From NCBI GenBank assembly GCA_964574145.1, contig CAZNKJ010000001.1, forward strand, positions 16,852 through 80,851: 64,000 nucleotides of DNA, in the 5' to 3' direction. The notes under the pieces are model-generated. The model worked only from the letters and a program-made list of their open reading frames with translations, had not been told where the DNA came from and did not search any database. Positions within the stretch are counted from its first letter, which is position 1, and each line of letters begins with the position of its first letter. This stretch comes from an uncultured Candidatus Saccharibacteria bacterium. Its GTDB lineage: Bacteria; Patescibacteriota; Minisyncoccia; Phycocordibacterales; CAZNKJ01. The position numbers were made by a program, and so were the translations under genes. This document shows positions 1-8,534 of this stretch, in pieces.

Positions 1-746
1 GTTGGGTGATTTTCATACACAAGAGCGAACGGCTCTTTAGATTTTATACGGACACTCTTCTTGGCGGTAAGTAACGGATTTGACGATGAAACTGTAACAG
101 AAATATTCAAGCTGTTGAAAAAAGACGCACTTGGGAGTGTTATATTGTGTCTCCCTCTCCCAGATTTACTTCCGAGTATTCGTGAACCAATTTTCCATGT
201 ATAAATTAAACTTTCTGGTGCAATTTTTTTGCCGTTTGTGGAAATAAATTCTGGCACAGCGACTATAGTTACAGGGCTTTGGGAAGTGGCTATAGCTTTA
301 CCTTTATAAAAAGGGGGTGTATAAGTTCTTGCCTCCCATATCAGATCTACATTTGCCGGACGAAAAGTTATTTCTCGTGTAAAACTACCTCGGTCGGGCG
401 TTTGGATTGACACACGTATTAATGTTCGACCACCAATACTTCCTGTTTGAAAGGATGTTTGTTTTTTACCAGTCCCCTTTTCTATAACTTTTCCATCTTT
501 TGTCCAAGTAAAATAAGATTGGTCAATTTCAAAAGAGAAACTTCGAACAAGTATTGTTACATTTTCGTTAGGCCCAGGGTCTCTAGGATAAACATCAAAT
601 GAAAATTGTTCTGTTAGTGGGCTTTGTTGCGATTGCGCATTTGCTATAAAGGAAGATACAAAAAAAAAGGAAAAAATGAAAAACAAAAAAAGAGCAATTC
701 TTATAGAAAAGTTTTGAAATTTACGTTGATTAATTGTTCCCATCAT
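1..746 (-). CDS. Partial CDS for a secreted protein; only the N-terminal ~248 aa lie in the window and the ORF continues past coordinate 1. It is the last visible gene of the T4SS-like operon.
   Basis: Manual minus-strand translation gives MMGTINQRKFQNFSIRIALFLFFIFSFFFVSSFIANAQS... with no stop before the window edge. The N-terminus is a signal peptide. The start lies 69 nt downstream of the preceding minus-strand gene. It is absent from the ORF track because it is truncated by the edge. Confidence 0.5.
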   Translation of the reverse strand, partial: MMGTINQRKFQNFSIRIALFLFFIFSFFFVSSFIANAQSQQSPLTEQFSFDVYPRDPGPNENVTILVRSFSFEIDQSYFTWTKDGKVIEKGTGKKQTSFQTGSIGGRTLIRVSIQTPDRGSFTREITFRPANVDLIWEARTYTPPFYKGKAIATSQSPVTIVAVPEFISTNGKKIAPESLIYTWKIGSRILGSKSGRGRHNITLPSASFFNSLNISVTVSSSNPLLTAKKSVRIKSKEPFALVYENHP

Positions 747-814
747 ATTTACAGTATGTCTTTAAGTATGCCAAGAATAGAGAAGAAAGGGAACTCTTTC
801 TATAGGAGATCTTA

Positions 815-1123
815 TTAAGCTTTTTGGGTAGCCTGTTCCTTGTTGTAATCTTCAATGGTTTTACAGACTGCTATTGTAAAAAACGGGGCAATGTCTAAGA
901 ATGGGATTGCGAATTCCACTAAAGATGCTCCAAAGAAAATAAGGGCGCGTTTAGGTCGTGTAAAACTTACTCCATGTATTAAAAACCAAATATAGAAAAT
1001 AATAAATGCTATAAATGCTATTATGTTTGGTATAAAAACACTCCACGCAAAAAGAAACTGGAGGGTGTCTACCATAATAGCAGTGGTTATAATAAGAACT
1101 GAGCTAGATTTACTTATGCGCAT
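815..1123 (-). CDS. Small integral membrane protein (~3 TM) in the T4SS locus; possible pilin/VirB2-like or accessory subunit
   Basis: 102 aa and highly hydrophobic (FLFAWSVFIPNIIAFIAFIIFYIWFLI). It lies immediately downstream of the VirB4-like gene in the same operon. Confidence 0.45.
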   Translation of the reverse strand: MRISKSSSVLIITTAIMVDTLQFLFAWSVFIPNIIAFIAFIIFYIWFLIHGVSFTRPKRALIFFGASLVEFAIPFLDIAPFFTIAVCKTIEDYNKEQATQKA

Positions 1124-1125
1124 AA

Positions 1126-2976
1126 TTACAAGGAGCCGTTACTGATAGTCGGACCTTCTTCTGTTGGTTTATTCATTTGTAACTCTTGTCTTGCGCGTTT
1201 AATTTCTAATATTTGAGAGGGGTCAGAGGTAATAATCTGATCCTCTGTATATGAAGCAATAACCTTAATGGCGACATGCTTAAGCCCCGCAAAGAATATT
1301 CCCTCCCCAACATCAGATTCAAGTAAAAGATATTTTTCCTCATCACTAAGGTTGAATGTGCTTTGGACAGCGTTAATTGAGGTTGGGGATTGTTTCAAGA
1401 GTATTTGTATAGAAGAGTTGGTTAACATTGGAAGCCCATAGGGTGATTTTAGAAAATCATCAACATCTTGTGTGATAGTAGCTATCCCTAAATAGTATTT
1501 ACGCCCACGTTTTGCCAGTCCATAAAGAAACGAAGCTGTGTCTTCAGATTTCATCATCCACCATGCCTCGTCAATAACCAGAATTCGTTTTTTAAGATTT
1601 CTTCGTATCGCATTCCAAATATAATGAGTAACTATATACATAGCGACTGGCTTAAGGTCGTCTTCCATATCTCTCATTGAAAATACTACAAATTTTTTAT
1701 TAAGATCAACATTAGTTGGTTTATTAATAAAACCAGCCCACGTTCCTTTTGTGTATTTAGAGAGTCGCTGTACAAGAGAGTCGCTTCCTTCCATACCAGA
1801 AAGTACAAGCTCAAAATCTGACAGAAGCGGGGGTTCTATATGAGAAAAATCGGAGTCTCCGGAAATATCCTTCAACGCATATGTTTCAGTAATGGCGCGA
1901 TCAATTAGCGCGTCTTCTTCAGGAGTTATGTTTCCAAGCATAATACGGAACATCCCAACCAGATTTACAATGTTAGAACGTAAGATATCTGCTGCGGATT
2001 CTCCTTCTTGCGGGTTCGGCAAGTCAAACGGATTAATATGATGTTTTGAATTTAGAGAAATGTTAAAATATCTTCCCCCTGTAGCGTCTGCCATGTATTC
2101 ATATTCACGCTCGGGGTCAATAACAATAACTTCTATACCAAACATTAGGCTGCGTAGAATCTCAAGTTTTGCAGCATATGATTTTCCAGAACCAGATGTT
2201 GCGAACATTACAGAGTTATAATTTTCAAGACTAAATCTATCAAATAAAACTAAAGAAGAGTTGTGTCTGTTGATGCCATATAAAATTCCTTTATCAGCAG
2301 TTAGATCAAAAGATATGAATGGAAAAGTACTCGATAGAGGTGCTGAATTTAATTTTGAATGCACGTTCAGTTCGTCGGTCGCTATCGGTAATGTGCTTTT
2401 ATAACCTTGTTCTTGTTGGAATAAAGCGGGTTTTACATAGACAAGCTTTGCTTCAAGTATTGATTTAATTTCAGACTCTGTTTTGTCTAGCTCTTCTTTA
2501 GTGTCTCCATAGATAGTTATATATAACCCAACATCAAAAAGGTGCTCCCGTGCTTGTTGTAGTTGGTCGCGAAGTTGTTCAAGGTCTTGGTGCGCTGTGT
2601 CTAACATTGGATCACGCACAAGACCTCTGTCTTCCCGTGCTCTGATTTGACTTTCAACTTCAGCCACCTTCTTTTGAAATTTTCGTAGTGCGGTAGCGGT
2701 GTCAATTGGGTGTACAAAAATAGAGACATCAAACATTTTGTCCATATTAATAACCGGCGAGAACCAGCTTTCTGTCAAATATCTAGGGTATGAAATAACA
2801 AAAAAACTTCGGGCAATTTTATCTCCAAGCTCAAGTTCGCGAGGGGTAATTTTAAGAGCTGAAGGAGCAATAATATCTTGTAGCTCTAAAACACCGGTAG
2901 CATATATATCCTCGGGTAATATCGGAGCAATAATATTTTTATTTTTTTCTTTCTTTTTCCCAAAAAAGTTAATCAT
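1126..2976 (-). CDS. virB4: VirB4/TrbE/CagE-family type IV secretion ATPase (Gram-positive PrgJ/TraE-like)
   Basis: Walker A motif GSGKSY. The N-terminal block IAPSALKITP...ARSFFVISYPRYL...WFSPVINMD...DVSIFVHPID is typical of Firmicutes VirB4 homologues. A Walker B-like ILVIDEAWWMM motif is present. Confidence 0.85.
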   Translation of the reverse strand: MINFFGKKKEKNKNIIAPILPEDIYATGVLELQDIIAPSALKITPRELELGDKIARSFFVISYPRYLTESWFSPVINMDKMFDVSIFVHPIDTATALRKFQKKVAEVESQIRAREDRGLVRDPMLDTAHQDLEQLRDQLQQAREHLFDVGLYITIYGDTKEELDKTESEIKSILEAKLVYVKPALFQQEQGYKSTLPIATDELNVHSKLNSAPLSSTFPFISFDLTADKGILYGINRHNSSLVLFDRFSLENYNSVMFATSGSGKSYAAKLEILRSLMFGIEVIVIDPEREYEYMADATGGRYFNISLNSKHHINPFDLPNPQEGESAADILRSNIVNLVGMFRIMLGNITPEEDALIDRAITETYALKDISGDSDFSHIEPPLLSDFELVLSGMEGSDSLVQRLSKYTKGTWAGFINKPTNVDLNKKFVVFSMRDMEDDLKPVAMYIVTHYIWNAIRRNLKKRILVIDEAWWMMKSEDTASFLYGLAKRGRKYYLGIATITQDVDDFLKSPYGLPMLTNSSIQILLKQSPTSINAVQSTFNLSDEEKYLLLESDVGEGIFFAGLKHVAIKVIASYTEDQIITSDPSQILEIKRARQELQMNKPTEEGPTISNGSL

Positions 2977-2984
2977 ACTGTTTT

Positions 2985-3632
2985 TTAGTTTAAATTTTCT
3001 TGAAGAGATATTGGTTTCTCAAGCTCTCCTGGGTTAAATAGTTTGTAAAAAAGCTCAATCATTTCCTCAGTCCCAAGTTGTATTACACGAACACCTGTGC
3101 GGGAAATCCCTTGTTCAACAACTGAGACTCTTTGCTGAAGTTGTGTGCGGTTTTCTTCAAAAGATTGACTTTTTTGCTTGTCGCCAACAGCTTTTTTCTT
3201 ATTTCGGAATGAGTCTAAAAAACTACTTTTACTTATTATTATAGATGGTGAAAAAGGCACTACAATAAAAAAACTTTTTGACATTATGTTAGAGTTTTCA
3301 GTAAAATTTTTAACAAAACCGATATATTCACGCACCTGTATGCGCATTAAGTCGTCTGTTTGAGCCTTGTAACGGTCTTCAAGTAGGTTTATATAGGGTC
3401 TAATATCAAGTGCTCGTGACTGTACAAAAAATTGTACAGAAAAATCTAATGAATTAAGAAAGTTTTGAAATTGAAAAAGTATAGACTCCTGTTCATCTTG
3501 TGACTTTAAAGCAAAATTAAGAGATGAGACCATAAGTGTGGCTCTCATAGAGCCGTCATTGAGGATGGCGACACCGTCGCGCACTTCTTTTATGGGTACG
3601 AAATCTTGTGCAGCTTTTGATTTTTTATTCAT
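2985..3632 (-). CDS. T4SS-associated hypothetical protein; possibly VirB4 N-terminal-domain-like
   Basis: 215 aa. The pattern FVPIKEVRDGVAILNDGSMRATLMVSSLNF loosely resembles the N-terminal domain of proteobacterial VirB4. It ends 8 nt before the virB4 start, in a different frame. Confidence 0.4.
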   Translation of the reverse strand: MNKKSKAAQDFVPIKEVRDGVAILNDGSMRATLMVSSLNFALKSQDEQESILFQFQNFLNSLDFSVQFFVQSRALDIRPYINLLEDRYKAQTDDLMRIQVREYIGFVKNFTENSNIMSKSFFIVVPFSPSIIISKSSFLDSFRNKKKAVGDKQKSQSFEENRTQLQQRVSVVEQGISRTGVRVIQLGTEEMIELFYKLFNPGELEKPISLQENLN

Positions 3633-3772
3633 AAATATATGTGATACATGTATCTCATACCATCTTTGTAATTTTATTGATGGATTGTCTCTTAATCAAT
3701 CGGAGATACAATCTATATTATCACGAAGGTTGTTTGACTCAGTCGTACTTATTAACGTATTTTGTAGCTTAC

Positions 3773-4201
3773 TCATTGTTGTTGATTTTTATCGGAGTAG
3801 ATACTCTCTTTAATATCTAGACTCCATGCTAAATCTTTAAGTTTGCTTTTAGATAGAGTAGGAACTATAAGCGTATTAAGATCTTTTTTATTTTTTCCTG
3901 AAGCAGAGCGGATGAGGTTATGTTCTCGTTTTTTCCAAATATAAAGATTGTTTTTTAAGGTAAAGGAAAAAGCTGATTCCAGAATGTTAATAAACGGTCT
4001 GTTGTTAATCTTTATAAATGACAACGCTCCTCCGAGCGCTGCAATGGGGGCTCCTATTAGAAAGACAAGAAATGTTGGAAGAACAGCCCAAAGCATTACT
4101 ATTATCCCGGCTGTTCCTGATAGATAAATAAATTGTCGTAACGTCAACGGACCAAATATTTTATCTTCAACTTCAATAAATTGTGGGACCTGAAAACGCA
4201 T
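3773..4201 (-). CDS. prgI: PrgI-family protein (VirB3-like T4SS membrane component)
   Basis: The N-terminus RFQVPQFIEVEDKIFGPLTLRQFIYLSGTAGIIVMLWAV is followed by a second TM segment, which is the canonical PrgI-family signature. Its position upstream of VirB4 matches Gram-positive T4SS loci. Confidence 0.7.
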   Translation of the reverse strand: MRFQVPQFIEVEDKIFGPLTLRQFIYLSGTAGIIVMLWAVLPTFLVFLIGAPIAALGGALSFIKINNRPFINILESAFSFTLKNNLYIWKKREHNLIRSASGKNKKDLNTLIVPTLSKSKLKDLAWSLDIKESIYSDKNQQQ

Positions 4202-4288
4202 AAGTGGATAGATATCAAGTAATAGTTAACAATATATTTTTTAAGTATACCATGACCTTTTTAAGACCAAATATAAACGTAGTAGGTT

Positions 4289-4825
4289 TTAGTTAATTGA
4301 CTCGCGATATGGATCTATAGAATATGGGCGAGTTTTTTCTTTAGAAGTGGGTGAAGGTAGTAATTCTTTAGTTTGCTGAGTGTTTGCTAAAGATTTTATC
4401 TTTTGTATTTTTTGAGAGGCAGCATCTTCTGTTTTTGTGGAAGTAGGTAATGGTTTCTCTTTTGTATGAATTTGTTTAACATTGTTAGGAAATTCCTCTG
4501 TTTCATTCGTTCTTTCTTCTTTAAGTTCTTTCTTAAGTTTGCTAAATATCTTATTTTCAATTGCTAGAATTATTTGTTCTGCTGCTTCCTTAGATATTCG
4601 CAGGCGTTCTATAAGGTGTGTCACAAATTCGCTTTCTCTGGTAAATCCGAGCAGAACAAGTCCTACTTCATCGGCTAATTTACTAACCTGTTCATTACTT
4701 AATTGCAGGGTTTTACTAATGATACCAACGGCGTTTGCTGTATCTACGGAATAAAGGGTGTCCTGAGTGACTTTTGGGAGCTGGTTAAAACGTTTTTGTA
4801 CTTGTTCAGTTGTTGGGTTGTTCAT
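4289..4825 (-). CDS. Hypothetical protein in the T4SS operon, charged and K/E-rich
   Basis: 178-aa ORF with no recognisable motif; called from operon context only. Confidence 0.35.
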   Translation of the reverse strand: MNNPTTEQVQKRFNQLPKVTQDTLYSVDTANAVGIISKTLQLSNEQVSKLADEVGLVLLGFTRESEFVTHLIERLRISKEAAEQIILAIENKIFSKLKKELKEERTNETEEFPNNVKQIHTKEKPLPTSTKTEDAASQKIQKIKSLANTQQTKELLPSPTSKEKTRPYSIDPYRESIN

Positions 4826-4849
4826 GTCTTAAAAAAGTTAAGTTTAGTT

Positions 4850-7096
4850 TTAGAGGGGGCCCTCTTTTTTCTTTATTACTTTTGTCCACTCATCTTCAGC
4901 AATCTCTTTTGCAGTTTTTTTATTTTCTGATGATGAAGAAGGCTTGTGGGTAGTATCTGTTCCTTTTCCTTGTGCCCATACACGCTGCGCGGGTACTGAT
5001 CGGAAATAATCAGCAGCAGTTTGACGAGATCGTTTTGCTGCGGAAAGTTTCTCCTCATTCTTTTTTGGATCTGCATCTAGATTTATATCAAGCATTTTTT
5101 CATCAACTTTTTCAAGAAAATCAGCAATTGAAGAGAGGTCTTCTGTATCAACCTCTTCTATTCCGTTCTGACCCTTGAGACGTTTGGAGAGTTCTTTAAT
5201 GTGTTCTATGTAACTAGACGTGAGCTCGTCTTTTCTCATACCTAAAGCAGCTGAATGACCCCCTGAGTAGGTTAGGACCATAGCATCTAACATCTTATCT
5301 ACATTTTCTTTATTATCTCCTGTGTGTGAAACAATCACTTTGTCTAGTTTGGAGACGTCAGTAGCTCTTTGTTTGGAAACATTTGTTGCAATTTTTTCAA
5401 GAGAATCTGTTTCTGGGCGGAACTTATCAAGAGTGGATGTAGAGACTCCTGTATTTTTAGCCAAAGCTCTGGCCTGTTGAATTTGCTTAAAACTTAACGA
5501 GCCAAGATCTTCTTTTTTAGTAATAGCTTGAGTTATAGCAGCTTTGTCTATAGGAAGTGTGAATTTTCCAAGTCTTCGTTTTAATTCTGGAGTACTAAAC
5601 TTTTCAAGCTTAGCTGACTTCTTTTTTATATCATCTCTATAAGACTGTGATACGTCTTGTAACCCTTCTCTTACTCCAGGAACATGTGACGCGGCTTTTC
5701 CAATAGGGCGGGCGACTTTCATTATCCCATGCATTGGGTTGAGGCGGTGGCGTTTTTGAGCTTCTCCACTCTCAATTTCGCGGGCAAGTGGAGCGAGACG
5801 ACGTTTTGTCCACCTACCACCAACCTTAAAACCAGCCCCAACACCTTTTTGTGCCCATCCTGTTGCCTTAGATGCCCCAAATATACTCATTTGTTTTGCT
5901 ATAACCAAAGAAGCAATAGTGAATGCCATTACGATTAAGAAATTTACCAAAATAACAACAGAACCTGGGTCTCCTGTTGTTAGTCCGCTAAATTTTGCAC
6001 TCGTCATCGTATTACCGTTTGCATCTATAAGTCCAATACTTTGTCTAAAACCATCACCCTCAACAATTCTGAGAGTAAACCATGTAAACAGAAAAAAAAT
6101 TGGAGCAAATAATGCGTTATTTATAAGGGCATTCCACCATTTAGAGGCAAGTCCGCTGAATTTTGGTATAGCCATAGCCACAAATGCGAGAGGTGACAGA
6201 ATCATTAAAAAGATAAGGATTACAAATCTGGAAATAAGTATTAATGCCGCTGCAAAAAAAACAGCAGCAGTTATTATAAATAACAACGATGACATTATTC
6301 CTATTAAGAATATATTTTCCGTATTTAATCTATTAGAATTAATTTCTCCTGTTTTTGTGTCAAATCCGTATAGAGACGTTAAAGAAAGTGCCTTCATGTA
6401 GCGTGTTGCGATACCACCTCCCGCTTTTAATTTTTCAACTAAGGATGGGTTTGTGTTTGCGTCTATTCCAACTGATTTATAATAAAATTGTGTAGCCAGT
6501 ATATTACTTACATCAATCACTATGTTAGTGAAGAACAGGCTGAAATTTATAAGGAGCGCTATTATAATTACACGCACTAAAAGATCTTTCATTCTGTAGC
6601 CGGACACTCTGAGAATAGTAGAAATTCCTATAATAAGAAGTAGGAAAATGAGAACTATGTTTGCCAAATCACGGAAAGTTGCCCAACCAACACTGATAGC
6701 TGTAATTTGCTTCACCATAACTGACATTTGCACCACTGTTTGGAAGGATACATAATTTAGAAGTAGTCCGCTTGCCCATACCAAAATGGCAAAGAAACCC
6801 ATTATTGCCAGCATTAAATAAGCCATAGCGCTTTTAAACTGTCTCATAAACCACCCGTCTCCTTCTTTAGAGCTGTCGTTACTATCACTTCCCGAAGTGG
6901 CTTCTATGGAACTTTCTGACCCGGGACCAGATATTGGGCCATCTTCATCTACCCCAACAACTTTGTTAGCGGCCTCTATGTAAGAAGTATTCAATATTTG
7001 TTTAGAGTAATTAGCTGAAATAGGGGTAAAAACCCCAATAGAAAATATCACCATCAGTAATATTCCTAGCACAGTATTTTTTATTGGGAAATTCAT
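4850..7096 (-). CDS. VirB6/TrbL-like polytopic membrane protein with a long hydrophilic C-terminal extension
   Basis: 748 aa with an N-terminal signal/TM and at least 8 hydrophobic helices across residues ~90-420. A ~300-aa charged C-terminal tail follows. The size and topology match Gram-positive VirB6 analogues (PrgH/TraL-like). Confidence 0.55.
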   Translation of the reverse strand: MNFPIKNTVLGILLMVIFSIGVFTPISANYSKQILNTSYIEAANKVVGVDEDGPISGPGSESSIEATSGSDSNDSSKEGDGWFMRQFKSAMAYLMLAIMGFFAILVWASGLLLNYVSFQTVVQMSVMVKQITAISVGWATFRDLANIVLIFLLLIIGISTILRVSGYRMKDLLVRVIIIALLINFSLFFTNIVIDVSNILATQFYYKSVGIDANTNPSLVEKLKAGGGIATRYMKALSLTSLYGFDTKTGEINSNRLNTENIFLIGIMSSLLFIITAAVFFAAALILISRFVILIFLMILSPLAFVAMAIPKFSGLASKWWNALINNALFAPIFFLFTWFTLRIVEGDGFRQSIGLIDANGNTMTSAKFSGLTTGDPGSVVILVNFLIVMAFTIASLVIAKQMSIFGASKATGWAQKGVGAGFKVGGRWTKRRLAPLAREIESGEAQKRHRLNPMHGIMKVARPIGKAASHVPGVREGLQDVSQSYRDDIKKKSAKLEKFSTPELKRRLGKFTLPIDKAAITQAITKKEDLGSLSFKQIQQARALAKNTGVSTSTLDKFRPETDSLEKIATNVSKQRATDVSKLDKVIVSHTGDNKENVDKMLDAMVLTYSGGHSAALGMRKDELTSSYIEHIKELSKRLKGQNGIEEVDTEDLSSIADFLEKVDEKMLDINLDADPKKNEEKLSAAKRSRQTAADYFRSVPAQRVWAQGKGTDTTHKPSSSSENKKTAKEIAEDEWTKVIKKKEGPL

Positions 7097-8529
7097 AAGG
7101 AGTTCTGAGAGGTGTTATTAGTTGAACCACATTCGGCAATGGCGGTATTGATGTTGGTTTGAAGTGATTTCATTTCTTGGATTATACTAGCACTTTCTTT
7201 TCGTGCGATTCTAATATCTGCTTCTGTGCGCAAAGCGCCGCTGGTTTGTAGGTCAAGAAATGGTTGTATCGCAGTTTTAAGGTCGTTTGGGTTTGAAGCT
7301 GTTGATATTTCTGTCTGTATAGTATTAAGATTTTGAAGTCTTTGTTCTGAGAGAGTCGCTTTTTCTGATATGGAATTTTTTCTCAATAAAATAGTTGAGG
7401 TAAATAGCCCTGTTTTAATAGGGTCACATGTGCTTAGTGTCGCATTTAGTTTTTCTGTTGAGAGAATTGTACTTAAACTGCTGAGTACGGTGTTTTTGTA
7501 AGTCTCTTCAATTTTAATAGCTGAGCTAATCTCTTTAGAGACAGTTTCTTTAGCTTTGTTTAAAATCTTATTAGTGGCTGTGGAATCTGCTCGTAGTCGT
7601 GAGGTGTACGAAGGTTGTCCATTTTGGTTTTGGCTAAGTCCGAAGAGTCCACCTGACCCGCTAAGTGCTTGTTGTGTAAGTTGAGTAAGAAGAGCCCCTA
7701 TTATTTCATCAATTTCATCTGCGACTATTAATCTGTTACGTCCTGAGTCAAGGGTGTCGTTAAGCTGTGACTCAATAACCTTGCCTGGGGTAACTACAGG
7801 ACAGTTTGCTGTGCTGATGGAGTCGGTGGCTCCCGATCCGCCACATTCTTTCCAGGAAAGAAAACCATTTCCCCAGTCAAGGAGTTTTAATTCACGACCT
7901 CTTGCATTTACAATACGAGCATTAAGGCTTTCAGAAGCTTGAAGATATCTTGAATAAGGATTATCTTGCACAGTCAATTCATACCACCCATCCCACCCCC
8001 CTGATTCAAAGTTTCCGGATAAAAAATTATCTATATTATTAACCACATTACTAAGACGGCACTCTATCGTTTTGCCAAAAGAAGAATTGTAATTTATAGC
8101 AAGGGCTCGGCGTATCTGTAGTTGAAATGGGTCACACAATAAACCAAGCTCAGTTCCTTCTATGAAGGAACCAGCAACTTTATCTGAAATATCAGTAAGG
8201 AAACCCCCTAAGTCAGTAACAAATGCCGGATTACCGTCAAAACCAGAGTTTATCCAGTTAACAATATTATGAGACATTTCTTGTATCACAATATTTGCTA
8301 TAGCCCACCCAATTTTATCTAAGGCATATTCTTTTACAACAAGTGTTTGGCTACCACTTGCAGAAATAGCAGTAAAGCCAGTAATTTGAGATATGAAGCC
8401 AAGTTGCGGTCCCACTTCAGTGGTGGGAATGGCCTCAGCTTTTTTGTATGGATATAGTAAAAAAACTGAAGTTAGTAGGGTTAGTGCCAGTAGAGAAATA
8501 AATTTTTGTTTGTGTGCAGAGTGTATCAT
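7093..8529 (-). CDS. Secreted hypothetical protein (signal peptide); candidate T4SS surface or channel component
   Basis: 478 aa with the signal peptide MIHSAHKQKFISLLALTLLTSVFLLYPYKKAEA. An ATGA start/stop overlap with the upstream gene suggests translational coupling. Confidence 0.45.
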   Translation of the reverse strand: MIHSAHKQKFISLLALTLLTSVFLLYPYKKAEAIPTTEVGPQLGFISQITGFTAISASGSQTLVVKEYALDKIGWAIANIVIQEMSHNIVNWINSGFDGNPAFVTDLGGFLTDISDKVAGSFIEGTELGLLCDPFQLQIRRALAINYNSSFGKTIECRLSNVVNNIDNFLSGNFESGGWDGWYELTVQDNPYSRYLQASESLNARIVNARGRELKLLDWGNGFLSWKECGGSGATDSISTANCPVVTPGKVIESQLNDTLDSGRNRLIVADEIDEIIGALLTQLTQQALSGSGGLFGLSQNQNGQPSYTSRLRADSTATNKILNKAKETVSKEISSAIKIEETYKNTVLSSLSTILSTEKLNATLSTCDPIKTGLFTSTILLRKNSISEKATLSEQRLQNLNTIQTEISTASNPNDLKTAIQPFLDLQTSGALRTEADIRIARKESASIIQEMKSLQTNINTAIAECGSTNNTSQNSL

Positions 8530-8534
8530 CGTAT

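Noticed and set aside
1126-3632. Considered that virB4 is a frameshifted pseudogene, with the 215-aa and 616-aa ORFs being one gene
   Set aside because: The 616-aa ORF begins with its own complete Firmicutes-type VirB4 N-terminal block and has a plausible ATG. The upstream ORF is in a different frame, with a clean stop 8 nt before that ATG. Two genes is the simpler reading.
2699-6401. Several antisense or overlapping ORFs of 60-160 aa (2699-3037+, 3178-3363+, 3538-3813+, 4482-4754+, 4703-4930+, 4972-5178+, 5729-5938+, 5919-6401+)
   Set aside because: They lie wholly inside well-supported minus-strand T4SS genes and have low-complexity compositions, so they are shadow ORFs. The same applies to comparable antisense ORFs elsewhere (e.g. 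10758-11066, 17583-17852, 37584-38016, 42845-43258).
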